From assembly GCA_951406725.2 (NCBI GenBank), contig OX597818.1, positions 137,764,001 through 137,828,000 of the forward strand: a stretch of 64,000 nucleotides of DNA, given 5' to 3'. The notes beneath the pieces are model-generated. The model made no database searches and was not told where the DNA came from. It saw only the letters and a program-made list of their open reading frames with translations. Numbering within the stretch: the stretch's first letter is position 1; every line of letters begins with the position of its first letter. The DNA is from Octopus vulgaris. Lineage: Eukaryota. Positions 54,619 through 64,000 of this stretch are shown piece by piece. The position numbers and the translations under genes are program-made.

Positions 54619-54782
54619 TACGACGGGCTTCTTTCAGTTTCCGTCAACCAACTCCACTCACAAGGCTTTGGTTGGCCCGAGGCTATAGTAGAAGACACTT
54701 GCCCAAGGTACCACGCAGTGGGACTGAACCCGGTACCATGTGGTTGGTAAACAAGCTACTTACCACACAGCCACTCCTGCGC
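54350..54782 (-). mobile_element. SINE family A
   Basis: Reverse complement, full length. Confidence 0.9.
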
Positions 54783-54784
54783 GT

Positions 54785-54980
54785 TTATTTTTTAAAATTT
54801 ATTTTAAACAAAAAAAATACAACCTATTAATCAATAATATACTATACGTTGATGTTTACGACTTCCTCCTATCGTTCAATAAGATTTTCGATGCCTCGCC
54901 GTTAGGAATTTCCCGTCTTGACTCAAAGAATTCGTCCAAACAAGCCCTCAATTCCACGTCATTGGACGATGCATGTTGGA
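54785..54980 (-). mobile_element. Mariner transposase C-terminal remnant
   Basis: Minus strand NDVELRACLDEFFES, then RRGIENLIER and EEVVN, typical of a mariner C-terminus. Confidence 0.65.
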
Positions 54981-55246
54981 TATGGTAGCCATGTTAGATG
55001 TGCTAGTCATTTTGTATGTGTTAGCTATTTTGGATGTGAAAATGTAACGTGTCGAAACAAACGTTTAAAACGTCGTGAATCAAACCGCTTTCTATTTTTA
55101 TGCCTATCCCCAGGTATCAATGGCAGACTTGCCTTAAGCATCTAGAGTTATTTTTACAAGGACTAAAAATGTTGAGTTGTTAGTGCTTGGATAAAGTGTG
55201 TTTTGAAAACAGAACCCCCAAAGAAGCTTTGAATGTACGAAAGTCA

Positions 55247-55740
<494 letters not shown>

Positions 55741-55884
55741 AGTAGCAGCATCATACTATAGACCAGTTAGATCAATAATAAAAATAGAGTTCAATGATAA
55801 AAACAAGATAATATGTATGAACACTTGAATTTGAAGAATGAAAGGGGTAAAAAAATAATAATATAATAATAGTAATAATAATAA

Positions 55885-56200
55885 TTTCAAAATACAAAGA
55901 CCTGGAAATAGAGGTAACTCGAATGTGGAGTCTAAAAACAGAAACTATTCCTATCATAACAAGCACATTAGCTACGATAAAAAAATTCAGATACATACCA
56001 AAACCACCCGGACTAACAAATATATATTACATACAGAAAATAGTATTAATAGGCTACGCACACATCCTACGAAAACAATTTTTATACAGTGACTGTAAGA
56101 GCATCACAACAAACCACAGCAAATACCCAAGACACACAGAGCTGCGCTCGGTAGTGAAAGTAAAAGCACGTGAGAAAAATAAGACTACTGAATGATAATA
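55885..56200 (+). mobile_element. R4/Dong-type LINE extreme 3' end in (AAT)n
   Basis: KYKDLEIEVTRMWSLKTETIPII...IQKIVLIGYAHILRK is a typical R4/Dong RLE C-terminus; AAT repeats on both sides. Confidence 0.75.
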
Positions 56201-56217
56201 ATCACAGTAATACAGCA

Positions 56218-56409
56218 CCTAGTACTTATTTTATCGGTCTCTTTTGCCGAACCGCTTAGTGACGTGGATGTAAACACACCAGCATCGGCTATCAAGTGAT
56301 GGTGGGGGACAAACACAGACACACAAGCGCACCCCCCACACCCACCCACACATGGATATATATATATCCAATACTATAGTAGAAGCACTTGTCCAAGATG
56401 CCGCGTAGT

Positions 56410-56458
<49 letters not shown>

Positions 56459-56655
56459 TTTTCTACTCTCGGCACAAAGCCCGAAGTATATATATATACG
56501 ACGGCCTTCTTTCAGTTTCTGTCTGCCAAATCCACTCACAAGGCTTTGGTTGGCCCGAGGCTATAGTAGAAGACACTTGCTCAAGGTCCCACGCAGTGGG
56601 GCTGAACCCGGAAACATGTAGCTGGTAAGCAATCTACTTACCACACAGCCACTCA
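56218..56655 (-). mobile_element. Rearranged SINE family A
   Basis: Reverse complement pieces with internal duplication and (TA)n. Confidence 0.75.
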
Positions 56656-56885
56656 TTCCATTACTCTTTTATTCATTTATTTGTTTCAAGAAAATCGACC
56701 CCAGGACTTATTCTTTATAAGCTAGTTACTTATTCTATTGGTCTTTTATGCCAAACCCCTAATTTACACATCATCATCGGTTGTCAAGCGAAGTTTTTTG
56801 TTTTGTGGGATGGGGAACAAACAAAGGCACACCAATATACACATAGATGTGTGTGTGTGTGTGTATATATATATGTGTGTATATA

Positions 56886-56960
<75 letters not shown>

Positions 56961-56990
56961 CATATATATATATATATATGTATGTATGAA

Positions 56991-57554
56991 CACTTGCGTC
57001 GGAAATTAATTAGCACTTCTCAAATTTCTACATTTTCTTACATTTTCTTAATTTAATTAACTTATTATCAGAAACGAACTCGTTTTTAATCAAAAATTTA
57101 TTAAAACATATCCCAGCACACCACATAATTGTTATTAATCGTGAAATTTAGTCAATATCTTGTTGCTCCTCCTTTGGCAGCAATGACAGCTGCTACGCGG
57201 GTCGGCATGCTGTCTATGAGTGCCTGCAGGTACTGTGCAGGGATGGCCCCTCATGCAGCAAGAAGTGCCCCAAACAGCTCGTGTCGGTTCCTGTATTGCT
57301 ACATTCAAATCCTACCCAATCGACTCCAGAGGTTCTCAATAGGGTTCAGGTCAGGTGACTGGCCAGCACGTACTCCTCGCCACCAAAGAGGTATACCGTA
57401 CTATCTCAACGTACTTTGCTGCGTTGATGTTGCCTTCGACGGCATAGAGCCGCCCAACACCACTGTAGCTGAACGCCCCTCACACCATCAGACCACCCCC
57501 ACCATGCTTCATGGTGAGCAAATCAAGGGTGCTAATTAATTTCTGACGGTAGTG
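56991..57554 (-). mobile_element. Internally deleted Tc1-family transposon with 26-bp TIRs
   Basis: TIRs cacttgcgtcggaaattaattagcac and gtgctaattaatttctgacggtagtg; remnants KHGGGGLMV and QSPDLNPIENLW. Confidence 0.85.
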
Positions 57555-57589
57555 TATGTATGTATGTAAATATATATACACACATATGA

Positions 57590-57737
57590 GACGGGCTTCT
57601 TTCAGTTTCCGTCCCCAAATGCACTCACAAGATTTTGGTTGGCCCGAGACTATAGTACTTGTCCAAGGTGCCGCATAGTGGGACTGAACCGGGAACCATG
57701 TGGTTGGTAAGCAAGTCACTTACCACACAGCCACTCC
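57590..57737 (-). mobile_element. SINE family A 5' half
   Basis: Reverse complement head. Confidence 0.8.
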
Positions 57738-57744
57738 TATATAT

Positions 57745-57962
57745 ATTCTTTTCTACTCTCGGCACAAAGACCGAAATTTTGGGGACGAGGGCTAGTCGAT
57801 TAGATCAACCCCAGTACGCAACTGGTACTTAATTTATCGACCCCAAGAGTATGAAAGGCAAAGTCGACCTTGGCGGTATTTGAACTCAAAACGTAAAGAT
57901 AAACGAAATACCACTAAGCATTTCGCCCGGCGTGCGAACGTATCTTTCAGCTGGCCGCCTTC
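57745..57962 (-). mobile_element. SINE family B
   Basis: Reverse complement head and Meta-like domain. Confidence 0.8.
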
Positions 57963-58650
57963 ACTCCTATATATATTGAGAAAGAAGCACAGAATATAAG
58001 GTAAGATTGCAAAGTGAAAGGGAAAGAAAGAGGAAAGGGAATTATGGATGCGTTGATAAAATATGAGAAATATAACAAGGAGAGAATGCTATAATCGTGT
58101 GGAAGAAATAGAATTAGAAAAAAAAAATGTCTGGAAAATTAGCGACAGTCTAAAAGAGCGAAACAAATGAATAAATATAACGAATAAAGAAAACAGAAAC
58201 ATTATGTACAAGATAGGAAAGAAAATAGAAAAGAAAGGATAAAAATAGAAACGAAAGGGAAAAAAATGAAGGAAAGAGAGAAAGACGGGTAGAATAGGAA
58301 TGACACGTGAAAAAACTAGGCGAAAAAGAGCAAGAAAACAAAATAGCAAAATGGCCGTTTTTGCATAAATGGCACAATTAACTGTGAAATTAGATTCATT
58401 TAGACGCCATGTTGAACGGTTAATGTCATTAATTGCCCTATCTGCTTTCTTAATAACGTCAAACTGTCCAACTGGCCTCGGTCGTAATGTTAGTCACAGT
58501 TTCGTAGCGAGTAAAGTTATCTTTTTTTTTTCTTTTGCTCAACAAAAACAAAAGCGTCCAATCATTCCGCTACTGGCACATTTTTGATGCTCCAGCAATT
58601 GCTTTTGTCGCAGTTACTACTATTACCAACAGCGCAGTTATTATTACTAC

Positions 58651-59035
58651 TGGATGGAAGCACTCCGTCGGTTACGACGACGGGGGTTCCGGTTGATCCG
58701 AATCAACGGAACAGCCTGCTCGTGAAATTAACGTGTACTGAGCACTCCACAGACACGTGTACCCTTAACGTAGTTCTCGGGGATATTCAGCGTGACACAG
58801 AGAGTGACAAGGCCGGCCCTTTGAAATACAGGTACAACAGAAACAGGAAGTAAGAGTGAGAGAAAGTTGTGGTGAAAGAGTACAGCAGGGATCATCACCA
58901 TCCCCTGCCGGAGATTCGTGGAGCTTTTAGGTGTTTTCGCTCAATAAACACTTACAACGCCCGGTCTGGGAATCGAAACCGCGATCCTATGACCGCGAGT
59001 CCGCTGCCCTAACCACTGGGCCATTGCGCCTCCAC
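58651..59035 (-). mobile_element. SINE family C
   Basis: Full length; tattactac TSD-like flanks. Confidence 0.9.
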
Positions 59036-59325
59036 TACTATTACTACTACTAGCCGATTGACTGCTACATTAAGGTATCTGCTTCGAAAGGGTAAAACCC
59101 AATGTTGACCTCAGCCGGAATTGAACTTAGAGCTAAGAGAGATAAATCTGAATATACTTTTATATTATTTTATTTTATTTTATTTTATTTTATCAAGTTT
59201 CAGTTCACGAGCTTTGGCCATGCTGGGGCACCGCCATTCATAAAAAACACCATACGCCCGCAGAGCGTATGATTTACGATTTACGATTCTGCTGATTCAG
59301 CTATCCAGTATTTTTACCGAAACAA

Positions 59326-59394
<69 letters not shown>

Positions 59395-59395
<1 letters not shown>

Positions 59396-59610
59396 CCTTT
59401 GTACTATAGGCACAAGACCTGAAAGTTTGAGGGAGAGTGCTAGTCGATTATATGGACCCCAGTGCGTGACAGATACTTGTTTCATCGACCCAAAAGGATG
59501 AAAGGCTAAGTTGACCTCAGTGGAATTTGAACTCAGAACATGAAGACGGACGAAACTCCACTAAACATTTCGCCCGGCGTGATAATGATTCCACCAGCTC
59601 GCTGCCTTAA
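59395..59610 (-). mobile_element. SINE family B with (TTA)n tail
   Basis: Reverse complement; abuts (AAT)n at 59327-59394. Confidence 0.75.
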
Positions 59611-61056
59611 ACATAATAATAATCACATTTGTAATGAATTACCAGAAACAATAACGGAGCTGTGTTATAAAATGTATAAAAGTGAACTTAACTGAAATGC
59701 TTTGTAGAAAAATTTTGTGTTTAGATACGACTGAATATTAACTTCCTTGATATGCCATTCTGGCAGATGTTGGTAGTTATGGACCTTATACTAAATTCTG
59801 AAGGTCCAGTTTAATTTTTGGGGGAAAGATACAGCAATGCTTCCCTTTTGTTTTCTGCTAATCTAGTTAGTATTTACTATTCTGGTCTCCTATTCTCCCG
59901 AGCTTCACGTCGAGGCACACTTCCATTTGACAGGGTGAAACTGTTTATGTGACTTCTCAATATACTTACACTTTTTGTGAGGTATATGTCAGATGTCTAG
60001 GAACCAGTCCTCCTGCGAGCTCCGTGTACCTTAACCACGATATCATCTGCTTCTGACATGTTATTGGGGTCCATGACAACTACAGTCACCTCGGCCCAAA
60101 TCAGGTCACTAAAGGGTAACTCCATATTCCTCAAAATACATGAACATCCAAACTGGATCTTTATCACTGAATGCAGTTCAATATCGTCTCCCAGGCAATT
60201 TGCTGCCATTCATGAAAAAGGTTTACTCACCGGTATGATGGTGGGGCAAAGAAATTTGTTTGAAAATCAAGTGGCCCTGTGTCTGACCACGCAATGTACA
60301 ACATTGCGCAAGTACCTTCAAACATTACGCCAGATCGAACCAAGCCCCATGAATTCCGGTTTTGAAGTGGCATATATAAATCGCTCTATGGTTTAACATT
60401 ATCAGCAGATCTTTGAGTACCTTTAGAAGAGTCCATTTAGTGCAAGTGTTTAGCCTAGCTCTCTGACCCGGAGATATCTTCCTACTGTCCACCTGCACAT
60501 ATTGAGAGGACCCTAAAAGGCTCAGCGCCTACATAAGAAGCCATTGTACATCATATAAATATTTTTACTATAGAAGTGACACAGACTGATGTTGATTCTT
60601 GGTTCATGATTTTCTATAGTCTCTGCTTTATTTGATATAAATGATCGCTAGGGGTTGATCACAAAAATTGTTATTTCTATTTCTTAAAAAAAAGAGAGAA
60701 AAAAAACAAATGAAAATCAGATAGAACTTGGAAGATCTGGTTTAAACACGTTAATCTGCAATACATGGAAGATGTAGTTTAAGCACATTAATCTGCGCGC
60801 CATAACCGAGTGGTTAACAATATTGCTTCTTAATCACAAGATTAAAGGTAAGATACTAGTGAATGCCACATTGGTTAAATGTCTTTATCATAGAACCGGA
60901 GAAAATCTTTGCTTCTTTTGTTATTTCTATTACTAATTTTACAATTGAAATTGTGTAGAGGAGATGGAAAACGAGCAGAAGTCTGTTGAATGGAATGTGG
61001 CTATGATTTAAAGAATCAGGTTTGTTACGTTCACTGTGAAATTATTTTTGCATGAA

Positions 61057-61456
61057 GGAGTGGCTGTGTGGTAAGTACCTTGTTTACCAACCACATGGTT
61101 CCGGGTTCAGTCCCACTGCATGGCACCTAGGGCAAGTGTCTTCTACTATAGCTTCGGGCCGACCAAAGCCTTGTGAGTGGATTTGGTAGACGGAAACTGA
61201 AAGAAGCCCGTCGTATATATGTATATATATATATATGTATGCGTGTGTGTTTGTGTGTCTGTGTTTGACCCCCTAACATCGCTTGACAACCGATGCTGGT
61301 GTGTTTATGTCCCCGTTACTTAGCGGTTCGGCAAAAGAGACCGATAGAATAAGTACTGGGCTTACAAAGAATAAGTCCCGGGGTCGAGTTGTTCGATTAA
61401 AGGCGGTGCTCCAGCATGGCTGCAGTCAAATGACTGAAGCAAGTAAAAGAGTAAAA
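61057..61456 (+). mobile_element. SINE family A
   Basis: Full length. Confidence 0.9.
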
Positions 61457-61799
61457 GTGTAAAGTGAGTAAATATATGAGAATCTATGATATACTGAGCA
61501 GATACCTTGTCATAATCCACTATGTTTTGCACATAGAGAACACATGTATCTGTGGTAATCATATGCATTTGCCCTTCTAACACAGGTAGCATACACACAT
61601 ACACATGCAGGCATACATACTTACGCGAACACATATAAAAATTCACTATCAATACTGAGCTATTACAGTTCGCGCCTGAAGATCGCAATGGCGTGAAACA
61701 CAGATTAGGAGACTAGCTTTTCGGTCTCAGTTGCCATAAAATTCATATTCTCTGGAATGTATTGAGTACTCCTCTGTAATTTGTAGAGAATAACTTAAG

Positions 61800-63900
<2,101 letters not shown>

Positions 63901-64000
63901 TTGCGGTGCATAACGAGAGACAGTGTCAGAGATGGTGAGAAAATGGGTAAAACGGAAATTATGTCCATGGTGTGTACAAGAGAGAAAAAGGCGAGAGAAT

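Overview
AT-rich, microsatellite-saturated eukaryotic DNA with one assembly gap (N, 970-1070). The SINE families and simple-repeat density resemble an octopus (coleoid cephalopod) genome; this is an inference. The only convincing host gene is an intact, intronless, divergent EB1/MAPRE-family CDS (35797-36738, minus) that lacks the acidic EEY/F tail. The rest is repeats: about 30 copies of three tRNA-derived SINE families, LINE remnants (L1/Tx1, R4/Dong, RTE, CR1-like), two Penelope-like element (PLE) remnants, Tc1/mariner remnants, a probable solo LTR, a HINE-like piece and a 240-bp palindrome. The most unusual structure is a non-coding ~615-bp monomer at 20671-22461. It is repeated 2.25x in tandem plus an inverted arm, sits inside an (ATCT)n array, and each unit carries a type I hammerhead-ribozyme-like fold, making it a candidate retrozyme or non-autonomous PLE. 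Several smaller hammerhead-bearing mini-elements also lie between microsatellites (8868-8904, 9246-9281, weaker ones elsewhere). Almost all other ORFs in the supplied track are microsatellite artefacts. Repeat coordinates were read by eye and are approximate.
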